33,932 nucleotides of DNA from a virus (Duplodnaviria > Caudoviricetes), in the IMG/VR virus record IMGVR_UViG_3300036446_000018, positions 1 to 33,932 of that record; one strand, given 5' to 3'. Numbering within the stretch: the first letter of the stretch is position 1; the number at the start of each line of letters is the position of its first letter. Both the position numbers and the translations under genes were made by a program. Below, piece after piece: positions 7,705 through 17,683 of the stretch. Under the pieces are notes generated by a model. That model did no database searches. It was not told the origin of the DNA and saw only the letters and a program-made list of their open reading frames with translations.

Positions 7705-8048
7705 GGCCTGATCAAATCCTCGAGCTGGCCCAAGCGATCTATGCAGCGCGCTTCAAAGGCGCTCCGCCGCGCACCGTCACGCCGTGGGGCGAACTCACCG
7801 AAGAAGCGAAGGAGACCTGGCTCCGCTGCGCCCGCGCCGCCGCTGTCGTCGAGAGCAAGCGGTGCAGCACCATCGCGAAGATGCACGCCCATCACGCGCT
7901 CTGGACCGGGCTGATCTCGCACGGATGGGACGAGACGACCGAGCTGTTCGGCCGCGGCCTCGCGCATCGCATCGCCGACAGCATCATGTGGAAGGTCAGG
8001 GACGAATTGCTTTGTGAGCCAATCACCCAACAGCCGGGAAAGGTCTAG
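7701..8048 (+). CDS. Hypothetical protein
   Basis: Start re-assigned to MRPDQ at 7701 (GAGGAG RBS, ATGA overlap). Confidence 0.7.
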   Translation: MRPDQILELAQAIYAARFKGAPPRTVTPWGELTEEAKETWLRCARAAAVVESKRCSTIAKMHAHHALWTGLISHGWDETTELFGRGLAHRIADSIMWKVRDELLCEPITQQPGKV

Positions 8049-8050
8049 AC

Positions 8051-8362
8051 ATGACTGAACTTCACCAAGACCAGCAGAAGGTCACAGACGCCGATCTCGG
8101 CTATCCAGCTTGGCGTGGCTTCGTGTCCTGGGCTTATGCCGACGACCGAATGCGAGAGATCTTCACGGTCGAGACCGGCATCGCTTGGCCGGCGGCGCCA
8201 AGCAACGGTCTGGATCTGCTGATCGATAGGGCGACGGGCGCTGAGACGGGCGTAGCCGGCGCCTTCGTGGTCTGGGCAAGCGAGCAGTGGGGAGAGGAGT
8301 TTTGCCCGCCGCTGATGCGCGAGGCGATAGCGAAGCACATCCGTTCGAAGGACAAAGGCTGA
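8051..8362 (+). CDS. Hypothetical protein
   Basis: In operon, TGATG-coupled to the next gene. Confidence 0.7.
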   Translation: MTELHQDQQKVTDADLGYPAWRGFVSWAYADDRMREIFTVETGIAWPAAPSNGLDLLIDRATGAETGVAGAFVVWASEQWGEEFCPPLMREAIAKHIRSKDKG

Positions 8363-8952
8363 TGGCGGGACGGGCACAGAAATTCGCCGAGCAGGCGCGC
8401 GTGCTGGCGCAGCAGACCGCCGCCGGCCGGAAGCCCGATCTCGGCATCCGCGAACCGAATGGCCGCCTCAGCCGCTCGGCGAAGAAGCTGCTCGGCTCCG
8501 ACAGCGTGAACGAGATCTATCGCGTCCGCGCTGCGGCTCTGTCCGGTGCTGGTGATCGGCGATGGGGGACGCAACTCGGCCGGCTGTTCCTCGAAGGCAA
8601 GATCACCGGCGAGCAGTACGGCGCGGGGATGGGCTGGGATCGAGTCATCACGCGCTGGCGGGCGATCCACTGTGGGCCGCAGTTCAATCCGAAGTCCGGG
8701 CTGGCTGTGCTCTTCCGCGTAAGCGGGGGAGGGGCGTCCATCGGCGATATCGTCGCGGACCCGGTCGAGATCGAAACCACAGAGCTGGTCGACGACGTGA
8801 TCGGCTCGTTCGATCGCGGCATTTCTGACCCGACTCTGGTCGCCGTCCGCGAGTGCGTCGAGCTGGATCAGATGCCCGTAGGCTTCGGCGGCAAGCTCCT
8901 GCTCGACGACGGGCTGAACCACCTGGCCGATCTTTGGAGGATCGAGGGTTGA
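8362..8952 (+). CDS. Putative late-gene regulator (Q-position antiterminator/activator)
   Basis: Last gene of the early-right operon; REPNGRLSR N-terminus and LGRLFLEGKIT motif; upstream of a promoter plus short terminator. Confidence 0.5.
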   Translation: MAGRAQKFAEQARVLAQQTAAGRKPDLGIREPNGRLSRSAKKLLGSDSVNEIYRVRAAALSGAGDRRWGTQLGRLFLEGKITGEQYGAGMGWDRVITRWRAIHCGPQFNPKSGLAVLFRVSGGGASIGDIVADPVEIETTELVDDVIGSFDRGISDPTLVAVRECVELDQMPVGFGGKLLLDDGLNHLADLWRIEG

Positions 8953-8958
8953 AATAAT

Positions 8959-8982
8959 GGGCCTGCTCGCAAGCGGGCCCTT
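8959..8982 (+). terminator. Hairpin ending the early-right operon
   Basis: GGGCCTGCT-CGCA-AGCGGGCCC, weak U tail. Confidence 0.5.
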
Positions 8983-9038
8983 ACTCTGCCTGAGCAACCT
9001 AAGGTAGGTTACGGTGCGAATCGCGAAGCGGGGGACTT

Positions 9039-9509
9039 ATGCCTGAGGATTTTAAAGATTCCGTGAGTGCGGCTGTGAGCAAAATTCGCGCAGCTGAAAA
9101 GGAAAAGAGCGATCGGGCACGCCAGTTACATGATGAGGCTGCGAAAATAGCAGCACAGATTAAGTCGGTAATAGCCGAGACAGTGCTGCCGGCCGCTCAG
9201 GCATTCAAAAGCGCGCTAGTCGAGGCCGGGCAGCAATGTGAGATCACCGAGACACCTGCTGCTCAAGATCAAAAAACCATCGCTCGGCCTGTGATCAAAC
9301 AGTATATTGTCAATGTTTCGGCGATCGTCGAAGGCAAGGTAGGGTCCGTGGATTTCAGCTTTGAAGGCACAAAAGCGGGGATCAAAATCAGCCCTCCACG
9401 GTTAGGCCAAGCGCCAGAGGTCGACACCAGGCCAATCGGCAAGTTTGATCGGACCGTGGCCGATACAGCGCTCAAAAAGATGCTGGAGCGAATTTCCAGC
9501 CGTCCCTAG
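9039..9509 (+). CDS. Moron, hypothetical protein
   Basis: Visibly more AT-rich codons; own GGGGA RBS; AACCTA-N3-TAGGTT palindrome upstream. Confidence 0.75.
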   Translation: MPEDFKDSVSAAVSKIRAAEKEKSDRARQLHDEAAKIAAQIKSVIAETVLPAAQAFKSALVEAGQQCEITETPAAQDQKTIARPVIKQYIVNVSAIVEGKVGSVDFSFEGTKAGIKISPPRLGQAPEVDTRPIGKFDRTVADTALKKMLERISSRP

Positions 9510-9517
9510 AACCGACG

Positions 9518-9598
9518 TTGACGTCGAGTCCCGGATGTCAGATATTGCGTCGTAGCGATTTGCGCCCGCGGCCGAAAGGCCTGCGGGCGTTGCTTATT
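9518..9598 (+). promoter_or_regulatory. Late promoter followed by short terminator (pR'/tR'-like)
   Basis: TTGACG-N17-GATATT at 9518-9546; hairpin CGCCCGCGGCC-GAAA-GGCCTGCGGGCG at 9563-9589, then TTGCTTATT. Confidence 0.6.
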
Positions 9599-9664
9599 AG
9601 AAATCCGTTCATAACGCCGTACTCGGCTTTACAGTCCGGTGTCGTCCCCCATTAGCTTTTGGGT

Positions 9665-10609
9665 ATGACACAACGCCCGTCCTGGCGACATCACTACATC
9701 CCGGAGTTTTATCTGCGTCGGTGGATGCCCGGGGGCACAAAGCCCCTGACGGTTTTCTGGCGCCCTGCCGGAAGCCCGAAAATCGTCGCGCAACGTGTTT
9801 ATCCTAAGGCAACGGGCTACATTGACCGACGTATCGTTGAAGGTGGAGCCGATCCGGCGCTGTTCCAGATCGCCGAGAGCGAATTCTACACTCCGGCTGA
9901 TAATGCTGCCGCCACGGTTCTGGCGAAAATGGAAACGGGTGCTCGCGAATTTTCCGGTGATGAGCGGTCAGCCTGGACACGCTTCATACTGTCCCTCATC
10001 TTTCGCACCCCTGAAGCTTTTCAAATTACCCTGGCGACGCTCCGGGAAGACGTCCTCAATACGTCGCCGGAGATGGAGCGCAGTTACCGCAGATCGAGGG
10101 AGCCGGGAATGCCGGCCACGTTGCGAGAAGCAATGAAGGCGTCGTTAGAAGACGGGAGTATAGCAGCAAACGTCGTGAAAGTTCTGGTCGACGTGAACAA
10201 CAGCGATAAAATTGGGACGCATCTGGTCCGGATGGCTTGGGGTACTATCCAATCCGGTCCATTTGTGCCGGCTCTTCTTACATCAGACAGACCCGTTTTG
10301 ATCTACCGACCTCTATCGGCACCAGACGCGCACATCCTAGTGCCAGTCGGCCCAAAGCGGATATTCGTAGCTGCACAAACTGACGAACTGTGGCGCCGCA
10401 TTGCGGCCAGAAGTGCGCATCAGACAGTCCAGTCATTGAACGAAGAAGTTGTTTCAAGAGCTGTGAAGTACGTCTTCGGCTTTTCTGATTGGAACCACCG
10501 CTATATTTCGGAGAAAATGTCGACGCAGCCTCAGGCGACTGTCATCGAAAGAGTCCACGCCCAAAGACAGGCGCGGCTCAGAGTGGGGCAGCGACGAATC
10601 CGACAATAG
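9665..10609 (+). CDS. DUF4238-like protein, candidate anti-phage moron
   Basis: N-terminal RHHYIPEFYLRRW and LLTSDRPV...VPVGPK motifs typical of DUF4238; lower GC than flanks. Confidence 0.8.
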   Translation: MTQRPSWRHHYIPEFYLRRWMPGGTKPLTVFWRPAGSPKIVAQRVYPKATGYIDRRIVEGGADPALFQIAESEFYTPADNAAATVLAKMETGAREFSGDERSAWTRFILSLIFRTPEAFQITLATLREDVLNTSPEMERSYRRSREPGMPATLREAMKASLEDGSIAANVVKVLVDVNNSDKIGTHLVRMAWGTIQSGPFVPALLTSDRPVLIYRPLSAPDAHILVPVGPKRIFVAAQTDELWRRIAARSAHQTVQSLNEEVVSRAVKYVFGFSDWNHRYISEKMSTQPQATVIERVHAQRQARLRVGQRRIRQ

Positions 10610-10671
10610 CCGCATGCAGGGCTTTGCTGTCTGGCTGGGCTTTTATTTTCCAGTCATTAGGACGAGCACCA

Positions 10672-11199
10672 ATGACATTGACGGCAAAACAGTCTCGGTT
10701 CGTCGAGGAATACCTTGTCGACCTGAACGCGACGCAGGCGGCGATCCGCGCCGGCTACAGCGAGAAGACCGCGAAGAACATCGGCTACGAGCAGCTGCAG
10801 AAGCCTGAGGTCGTCGAGGCGATCTCGGCGGCGCAGGTAGCGCGATCGGAGCGGACCCGGATCGATGCAGATTGGGTGCTGCGCCGCCTGGCGGATGCCG
10901 TCGATGCCGACCTCGCGGACATCTACGACGAGCATCAGAACCTCAGGCCGATCGGGGATTGGCCGGCCATCTGGCGGAAGGGGCTGATCTCCGGCGTCGA
11001 GGTCGAGGAACTGTTCGAAGGCCGGGGCGAGGACCGCGAGCACATCGGCCGCCTGCGAAAGGTCAAGCAGGCCGACCGGACGAAGCTTCTCGAATTGCTC
11101 GGCAAGCATGTCGAAGTTCAGGCCTTCAAGGAGAAGGTCGAGCACGAGGGCGCGATCGCCCTGACGCCGTCGATCACGATCAATGGCAAGCCAGGCTGA
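10672..11199 (+). CDS. terS: Terminase small subunit
   Basis: LTAKQSRFVEEYLVDLNATQAAIRAGYS and LELLGKH motifs; start re-assigned to 10672. Confidence 0.95.
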   Translation: MTLTAKQSRFVEEYLVDLNATQAAIRAGYSEKTAKNIGYEQLQKPEVVEAISAAQVARSERTRIDADWVLRRLADAVDADLADIYDEHQNLRPIGDWPAIWRKGLISGVEVEELFEGRGEDREHIGRLRKVKQADRTKLLELLGKHVEVQAFKEKVEHEGAIALTPSITINGKPG

Positions 11200-12697
11200 C
11201 GCCGAGATTACGGCCGACTTCCATCCTAAGCAGATGGTGGCCTTCGAAAGCCTGGCGACCGAGATCCTTTATGGCGGCGCGGCCGGAGGCGGCAAATCGT
11301 TCCTGATGCGCCTGGCGGCCATCATCTGGTGCTCTGCCATCCCCGGCCTGCAGGTCTATCTCTTCCGCCGCGTCTATGACGACCTGATCAAGAACCACAT
11401 GGAAGGCCCTGCGGGCTTCCGATCCATGCTGGCGGGCTGGGTGCTCTGCGGCTTCGTCAAGATCGTCGAAAACGAGATCAGGTTCTGGAATGGAAGCAAG
11501 ATCTACCTGTGCCACTGCCAGCACGAAAAGGACCGGTTCAAATACCAGGGCGCCGAAATCCACGTCCTGCTGATCGACGAGCTGACGCACTTCACCGACA
11601 AGATCTATCGGTTCCTGCGCAATCGCGTCCGCATGGTCGGCATCGAGGTGCCGGCGCAGTATGCCGGCCGCTTTCCGCGGATCATCTGCGGTGCGAACCC
11701 GGGCGGCGTCGGCCACCAGTTCGTCAAGGCTACGTTCATCGACGGCGTTCAGCCGCTCAAGGTCTATCAGGCGCCGCCGAGCGAGGGCGGCATGCTTCGC
11801 CAGTTCATCCCGGCGCGTCTCGAAGACAACCCGAGCATGAACGACAACGATCCGGGGTATGAGAATCGTCTCGCCGGCCTCGGCTCGGCCAGTCTCGTCA
11901 GGGCAATGCGCTATGGCGATTGGGATATCGTCGAGGGCGCGTTCTTCGACAATTTCCAGAAGGCTAGGCACGTCATCCGGCCCTTCACGATTCCCGAGCA
12001 TTGGCTTCGCTTCCGAGCCGGCGATTGGGGATCGGCAAAGCCTTTCAGCTTCGGCTGGTATGCGGTCGCTTCGGAGCACTTCATCGCCGGGCCGAAAGTG
12101 TTGATCCCGAGGGGGGCGCTGGTCCGGTATCGCGAATGGTACGGGGTCGCAACCGATAGCGAGGGCAGGTTCGTCCCTGATGTCGGTTTGAAGATGAATG
12201 CCGAGGTCGTCGGCGCTGGAGTGCGCGAGCGCGATCAGGGCAACGCGATCAGTTACGGCGTTCTAGACCCGGCGGCATTCACCGCCGACGGCGGCCCTTC
12301 CATCCAAGAGCGGATGATGAGGGGCACGAACGGCACGAACGGAGCCACCTTCCGGAGAGCTGACAACGCCCGTGTCGCCCATCGCGGCGCCATGGGTGGC
12401 TGGGATCAGGTTCGCGCGCGGCTGGACGGCGACGAAGACGGGCGGCCGATGCTGTTCTTCTTCGAAACCTGCGTGCACGCGATCAGGACGATTCCGGCGC
12501 TCCAGCACGACGAAGACCGGCCGGAAGACCTCAACACCAACATGGAAGACCATGCGGCTGACGAGGTCCGTTACGCCTGCATGTCGAGGCCATACCAGCG
12601 GGTTGCGCCGCCGCCCCCGCTCCCCAAGCCGAAGCCCGGTCAGGTGCAGTTGCCGCCGCCGCCCGCTGCTTCGTCTGGCGTGAGGATCAAACTCTGA
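11183..12697 (+). CDS. terL: Terminase large subunit
   Basis: Walker A GGAAGGGKS, Walker B LLIDE, ANPGG, nuclease GDWG and EDHAADEVRY. Confidence 0.95.
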   Translation: MASQADAEITADFHPKQMVAFESLATEILYGGAAGGGKSFLMRLAAIIWCSAIPGLQVYLFRRVYDDLIKNHMEGPAGFRSMLAGWVLCGFVKIVENEIRFWNGSKIYLCHCQHEKDRFKYQGAEIHVLLIDELTHFTDKIYRFLRNRVRMVGIEVPAQYAGRFPRIICGANPGGVGHQFVKATFIDGVQPLKVYQAPPSEGGMLRQFIPARLEDNPSMNDNDPGYENRLAGLGSASLVRAMRYGDWDIVEGAFFDNFQKARHVIRPFTIPEHWLRFRAGDWGSAKPFSFGWYAVASEHFIAGPKVLIPRGALVRYREWYGVATDSEGRFVPDVGLKMNAEVVGAGVRERDQGNAISYGVLDPAAFTADGGPSIQERMMRGTNGTNGATFRRADNARVAHRGAMGGWDQVRARLDGDEDGRPMLFFFETCVHAIRTIPALQHDEDRPEDLNTNMEDHAADEVRYACMSRPYQRVAPPPPLPKPKPGQVQLPPPPAASSGVRIKL

Positions 12698-14964
12698 TGG
12701 CAGACGAAACCAACATCGACGACGCCGAGGACGTCGCTGAGGGCAAGGCCCCGCGCTCGGCGAAGTCGTGGCTGTCGGCGATCGAGAAGTCGCAGCGCGC
12801 GTTCGAGCCATACCAGCTTCGCTGCGACAACATCGACAAGCTCTATGCCAACCTTGAACGGCTTGCGAGCCTAGGCCGTGATCGCGAATTCCAGATGTTC
12901 TGGGCGAACGCCGAGGTCTTGAAGCCGTCAGTCTACTCGCGCCCGCCAATTCCGGTCGTCGTGCCTCGCTTCCGGAGCGGCAAGCCGATTATCCGCCTGG
13001 CGTCTGAACTGCTGGAGCGATCGACGTCGACCGCTTTCGATCTGACGGGCATCGACACGGTCATGAAGCTGATCCGCGATGATCTGGTCATCAACGGTCG
13101 CGGCGTGCCGTGGGTGCGGTACGAGACGCGAGGCGAGAGCGATACGAAGACCGAGCGGGTCTGCGTCGAGCACGCTGATCGCAAGGACTTCGCGCACGAC
13201 CTGGCCAGGAAATGGGCGGATGTCGAGTGGGTGGCCAAGCGCTCGTGGTTGTCGCGCGACAAGATGCGCAAGCGCTTCAGCAAGACGAGCGGCAAGGCCT
13301 ACCAGACCGCCACCTATGCCGTTCGGAAGGACGACAAGGACAACGGCGCCGACGACGGGGCGAGTCAGGCCGCCGTCTGGGAAATCTGGTCTCGGTCCGC
13401 CGACAAAGTCATTTGGGTAGCCGAGGGCTGCGACGTTCAGCTCGATCAGGGCAAGCCGCACCTGACGCTAGAGGGCTTTTTCCCGTGCCCGCGTCCGGCC
13501 TATGCGACGATCCAGCGGCGTTCGCTGATCCCGGTTCCGGACGTCTCGTTCTATAAGGACCAGCTGGAGGAAGTGAACCAGCTTACGGCGCGGCTGGATG
13601 CGCTGACGCACGCGATCAAGCTGCGCGGCTTCTATCCGGCCGGCGCGTCCGACTTGGCCGACGCTATCGAGGCGGCGATCAAGGCATCGACCGACAACGC
13701 CATGCTGGTCGGCGTCGCGAATTGGGCCGCGACCGGCGACGCCAGCCTGAAGGACACCATCGTCTGGCTGCCTCTCGACATGGTGGCGACGGTGATCCGC
13801 CAGCTCGTCGAGCTGCGCCGGCAGGTGATCGACGATATCTATCAAATCACCGGCCTCAGCGACATCATGAGAGGCGCGACGCAGGCGAGCGAAACGCTCG
13901 GCGCCCAGCAGCTCAAGAGCCAATACGGCTCGATCCGAATTCGCGACCGGCAGGAAGAGCTGATCAGGGTCGCGCGCGACCTCAGCGGCATCGTCGCGGA
14001 GGTCATGGCCGAGAATTTCCAGCAGAAGACCCTGCTGGACATGAGCCAGATGGATATTCCCAGCGACGCCGACATGGCCAAGCAGATCCGGCCATTGGAG
14101 CAGCAGGCGAAGGCGATCGAGGCGAGCATTCGCCGCGAGATGGCCGATCCCGAGACGCAGGAGCTGGCTCGGCAGAACCCGGGTCAGGCCAAGCAGCTGA
14201 TCGAGCAAGCGCAGGGCCAGGCGCGGGAGCTGCTGGAGCAGGCGGACAAGCTTCGCGAGCGTCCGACGATCGAGGCGGTGATGAAGCTGCTGCGCGACCA
14301 GCGTCTGCGGCCCTTCGCCTTGGACATCGAGACGGATTCGACGATCGAGCCGGACGAGAACGCCCAGAAGCAGCGCGCAACCGAGTATCTGACGGCGCTC
14401 GGCGGCCTGCTCGCCCAGGCGATGCCGGGCCTGCAGCAGCTGCCCGAGGCCGGCCCGTTGATCGGCGAGACCATCCGCTTCGCGCAGCAGCAATACCGCG
14501 TCGGGCGCCAGCTGGACGGCGTTGTGGAAGAGTTCGTGGACGCGCTCAAGGCGCGCATGCAGTCGGCGGGTAGCCAGACCGATCCAGCCGCGGCTGCGGC
14601 TGAAGCCAAGGCGGCATCCGACGCCCAGGCAGCCGAGGCGGACCAGAAGGTGAAGCTGTCGGACGCCGCTATCCGGAAGCAGGAAGCAGACGTCAAGGCG
14701 GCGCAGGACATGCAGGCGCTGCAGGAGCGCCAGGCCGAGGCCGCGCATAAGGAGCGCGCCCGCGCGGAAGAGCTGGACATGAAGGCCATGGAGGCAGCAA
14801 TCCGTCGGCAAACGCTCGAAGACGAGCGCGAAGCGTCGGCGCGGCGGCATGCGCAAGAAATGGATGCCGGCGCTCTCAAGATCGAGATCCTGCGCGCCCA
14901 GCTCGCGAAGATCGTCGCGACCCCGCTGCCGCAGCCACCTGGCGATGAGAGAGAGGCCGCCTGA
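12697..14964 (+). CDS. Portal protein with long C-terminal coiled coil
   Basis: Follows terL; 755 aa; IYQITGLSDIMRG motif; P22-like helical barrel region. Confidence 0.85.
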   Translation: MADETNIDDAEDVAEGKAPRSAKSWLSAIEKSQRAFEPYQLRCDNIDKLYANLERLASLGRDREFQMFWANAEVLKPSVYSRPPIPVVVPRFRSGKPIIRLASELLERSTSTAFDLTGIDTVMKLIRDDLVINGRGVPWVRYETRGESDTKTERVCVEHADRKDFAHDLARKWADVEWVAKRSWLSRDKMRKRFSKTSGKAYQTATYAVRKDDKDNGADDGASQAAVWEIWSRSADKVIWVAEGCDVQLDQGKPHLTLEGFFPCPRPAYATIQRRSLIPVPDVSFYKDQLEEVNQLTARLDALTHAIKLRGFYPAGASDLADAIEAAIKASTDNAMLVGVANWAATGDASLKDTIVWLPLDMVATVIRQLVELRRQVIDDIYQITGLSDIMRGATQASETLGAQQLKSQYGSIRIRDRQEELIRVARDLSGIVAEVMAENFQQKTLLDMSQMDIPSDADMAKQIRPLEQQAKAIEASIRREMADPETQELARQNPGQAKQLIEQAQGQARELLEQADKLRERPTIEAVMKLLRDQRLRPFALDIETDSTIEPDENAQKQRATEYLTALGGLLAQAMPGLQQLPEAGPLIGETIRFAQQQYRVGRQLDGVVEEFVDALKARMQSAGSQTDPAAAAAEAKAASDAQAAEADQKVKLSDAAIRKQEADVKAAQDMQALQERQAEAAHKERARAEELDMKAMEAAIRRQTLEDEREASARRHAQEMDAGALKIEILRAQLAKIVATPLPQPPGDEREAA

Positions 14965-15305
14965 TGGCCCGCGAGAGCTTCGTCTTCGATCGCGCGACCG
15001 GCGAACTCGTCGACCGCGACCTGTTCTATGCCCGGCAGCCGGCGCCGAAGCGCTCCGGGCTCGCGGCACCTATGGTGATCAGCGACGGCATGCCGGACAC
15101 GCAGCACCCGTGCACCGGGCAGTACATGTCCAGTAAGTCCGCCTACCGTGCCGTGACCAAGGCGCACGGCTGCATTGAGATGGGCAACGACCCCGCCCGA
15201 CTCCGGCCACGGCAGAAGCCCAGGCCGGACCGCAAAGCCATTCGCGACAGTGTTGCGAAAGCCCGCGCCCGCTTCAATCGGGGCGAGCGCACCACCCCCA
15301 AGTAA
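14964..15305 (+). CDS. Small basic hypothetical protein in the head module
   Basis: TGATG-coupled to portal. Confidence 0.7.
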   Translation: MARESFVFDRATGELVDRDLFYARQPAPKRSGLAAPMVISDGMPDTQHPCTGQYMSSKSAYRAVTKAHGCIEMGNDPARLRPRQKPRPDRKAIRDSVAKARARFNRGERTTPK

Positions 15306-15332
15306 CTCCCACTCCCTCAGACGGAGCATCCC

Positions 15333-16562
15333 ATGTCGGATCTCGACGGTGGCGCCAGCGCGCCGGCCGCAAGCACGCCTGCGTCCAATGTGGACAGCAA
15401 TGACGTCGTTCAGACCCCCAATGCGGTTTCGACGGAGCCGCGCCCGGCACCGGAGGCTAAGCCGGCCGAACCGGAGCCGAAGAAGGAAGCCCCCAGCGCC
15501 CGCGACGCGCTGCGCAAGGCTCGCGAGCAGGTCAACGCGCGCGACAAGGATGGCAGCGAGCCTTCCGACCGGCAGAAGCCGGTAGCGAGCGAAAGCCAGA
15601 ACCGGGACGACGGCGGCAAGTTCGCTGCGAAGAACGGCAAGCCGGCCGAGCCTCAGAAGGATGCTGGCAAGGAGCCGGCGCAGCCCAAGGCTAGTGAGCC
15701 TGCAAAGGCTGATGCTGCCGCCAAGCCGCAGTCCTTCACCGAAGACGAGGTCAAGGCACCGACCCGCTTCCACGACGGCGCCAAGGCCGAATGGCAGACG
15801 ACCCCGCAGGCGGTTCGCGCCGAGGTCGCGCGAATGGAACGGGAATATGAGGCCGGCTATCGAAAGTATCGCGAGAGCGCCGAAGCTTTCGAGCCGGTGC
15901 GCCGCTTTCACGACATGGCCAAGCAGGGCGGCACCACGCTTGATGCAGCGCTCGATCGCTACGTCAATCTGGAGAACCTGCTGCGCCAGGACGTCGACGC
16001 CGGCCGCATCCCGATCCGAGGGCTTGAAGAGGTCTGCCGCAACTTCGGCATGTCGCTGCGCGATGTCGCCTCAGCCGTGCTGGGCCAAACACCGGATCAG
16101 ACCGCCTCTCAGCAGGACGCCACGATCCGAGAGCTGCGCCAGCAGGTCGAGCAGCTGACGAAAGCGGTCGGCGGCGTCGCCAACACCTTCCAGACGCAGC
16201 AGAAAACTGCTACGTTGACGGAACTCGAAGCGTTCGCGGCTCAGAACCCGCGCTTTGAGGAGCTTTCGGAAGACATCGCGTTTTTCCTCGAAAGCAAGCG
16301 GGCGAAGGATTTGGCGGAAGCCTATTCCCTCGCCGATCGCCTGAACCCGGCAGCCGAGCCGGCCAAATCGGCTACAGGCCCTTCAGCGGGCCGCGCCCAG
16401 GAGCCTTCAGCGGCTCACCCCAACGCCGACGTCGCTCAGACCGACAAGGGCCAGAAATCCATCACCGGCGCGCCGAGTTCGGGCTCAGACCCCGCAACGA
16501 CCAAGCGGCCTTCTTCGTCAATCCGCGAAGCCCTGAAGCGCGCCAAGATGGCCGCGGGCTGA
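15333..16562 (+). CDS. Putative scaffolding protein
   Basis: Low-complexity/helical, RDDGGKFA motif, SIREALKRA C-terminus, directly before the capsid gene. Confidence 0.75.
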   Translation: MSDLDGGASAPAASTPASNVDSNDVVQTPNAVSTEPRPAPEAKPAEPEPKKEAPSARDALRKAREQVNARDKDGSEPSDRQKPVASESQNRDDGGKFAAKNGKPAEPQKDAGKEPAQPKASEPAKADAAAKPQSFTEDEVKAPTRFHDGAKAEWQTTPQAVRAEVARMEREYEAGYRKYRESAEAFEPVRRFHDMAKQGGTTLDAALDRYVNLENLLRQDVDAGRIPIRGLEEVCRNFGMSLRDVASAVLGQTPDQTASQQDATIRELRQQVEQLTKAVGGVANTFQTQQKTATLTELEAFAAQNPRFEELSEDIAFFLESKRAKDLAEAYSLADRLNPAAEPAKSATGPSAGRAQEPSAAHPNADVAQTDKGQKSITGAPSSGSDPATTKRPSSSIREALKRAKMAAG

Positions 16563-16583
16563 GCCTATTGAAGGAAAGCCCCT

Positions 16584-17612
16584 ATGGCTCCTTTGACCAA
16601 TGTTGAGAAGAACCAGGAGATCCTGTCCCTGGCGCTCGAAGACCGTTCTTCGGGCTACCAGGATCTGGTCTCCAACAGCAACGTCCTGCTGGGCGTGCTG
16701 AAGGAACGCGGCTTGTGGAAGCCGTATTCCGGCCCGCGCATCCGCGAGCGCCTGCTCTACAACAAGACCGGCTCGGCCGTCTGGTACAACGGCTACGACT
16801 TCCTGAACCCGGTCCCGGCCGAGCTGTTCAACGACGCCGAATGGACGCCGAAGATGCTCGCCGTCGCGGTCACGCTGTCGAGCGAGGAAATCCTGAACAA
16901 CTCGGGCGAGAACCAGCTCGAAGACGTGATGGAATCCCACATCGAGGCGGCCGAATCGGAGCTGCTGGACGAGGCCGATGTCTCGATCCACGGCAACGGC
17001 GCGCGCTTCGGTGGCAAGGAGCTGGGCGGGCTGCAGCTCGCCGTTCCGACGATCGTCAACTCCGGCATGTATGCTGGCATTGACCGCGGCGCCCAGGCTG
17101 TCTGGCGCACGTCCGCGTTCGATATCCAGTCGGCGTTCCCGAACGTCCCCGGCGGCACGCAGTTCACGAAGGACACCATTCGTCCGATCCTGAACGACGT
17201 CCTGACCCGCCGCTCGCGCGGCAAGCAGGCGGCCGATCTGATCCTGATGTCGCCGGAGCCGTACGCGGCGTATGACGCGGCCACGGTCGCAATCCAGCGT
17301 ATCACGGAGGATGGCGGGCGCCTCGGCAAGCTGGGGTTCCAGTCGCTGAAGTATGTCGGCGCCGGCCGGACGGTCGATATCGTGCAGGAGGGTGGCGTCG
17401 GCTCCAACATGCCGGCGAACACCATCTACGGGCTCGACACGAAGAACCTGCGCATGCGCTACCACCCCGAGCGCAACTTCAACAAGATCGGCCGCGAGAT
17501 GATGCCGATCAATCAGGACGCCGTCGTCCAGTACATCGGCTTCATGGGCGAGCTGACCATGACCAATCCGCTGTTCCAGTGGAAGATCTACGACAGCAAC
17601 CCGGCCACCTGA
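16584..17612 (+). CDS. Major capsid protein
   Basis: 342 aa after scaffold, strong GAAGGA RBS, highly biased codons. Confidence 0.88.
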   Translation: MAPLTNVEKNQEILSLALEDRSSGYQDLVSNSNVLLGVLKERGLWKPYSGPRIRERLLYNKTGSAVWYNGYDFLNPVPAELFNDAEWTPKMLAVAVTLSSEEILNNSGENQLEDVMESHIEAAESELLDEADVSIHGNGARFGGKELGGLQLAVPTIVNSGMYAGIDRGAQAVWRTSAFDIQSAFPNVPGGTQFTKDTIRPILNDVLTRRSRGKQAADLILMSPEPYAAYDAATVAIQRITEDGGRLGKLGFQSLKYVGAGRTVDIVQEGGVGSNMPANTIYGLDTKNLRMRYHPERNFNKIGREMMPINQDAVVQYIGFMGELTMTNPLFQWKIYDSNPAT

Positions 17613-17683
17613 CGGCACTGCGCCATTGACCGCGGCAGTGACGCCGCGGTCGCTTCCCCATCCCGATTTGAAGGAGAACGTCA

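Noticed and set aside
13468-15911. Long minus-strand ORFs (533 and 575 aa) opposite portal/scaffold
   Set aside because: Shadow ORFs typical of high-GC codon bias; no motifs; fully overlap well-supported genes
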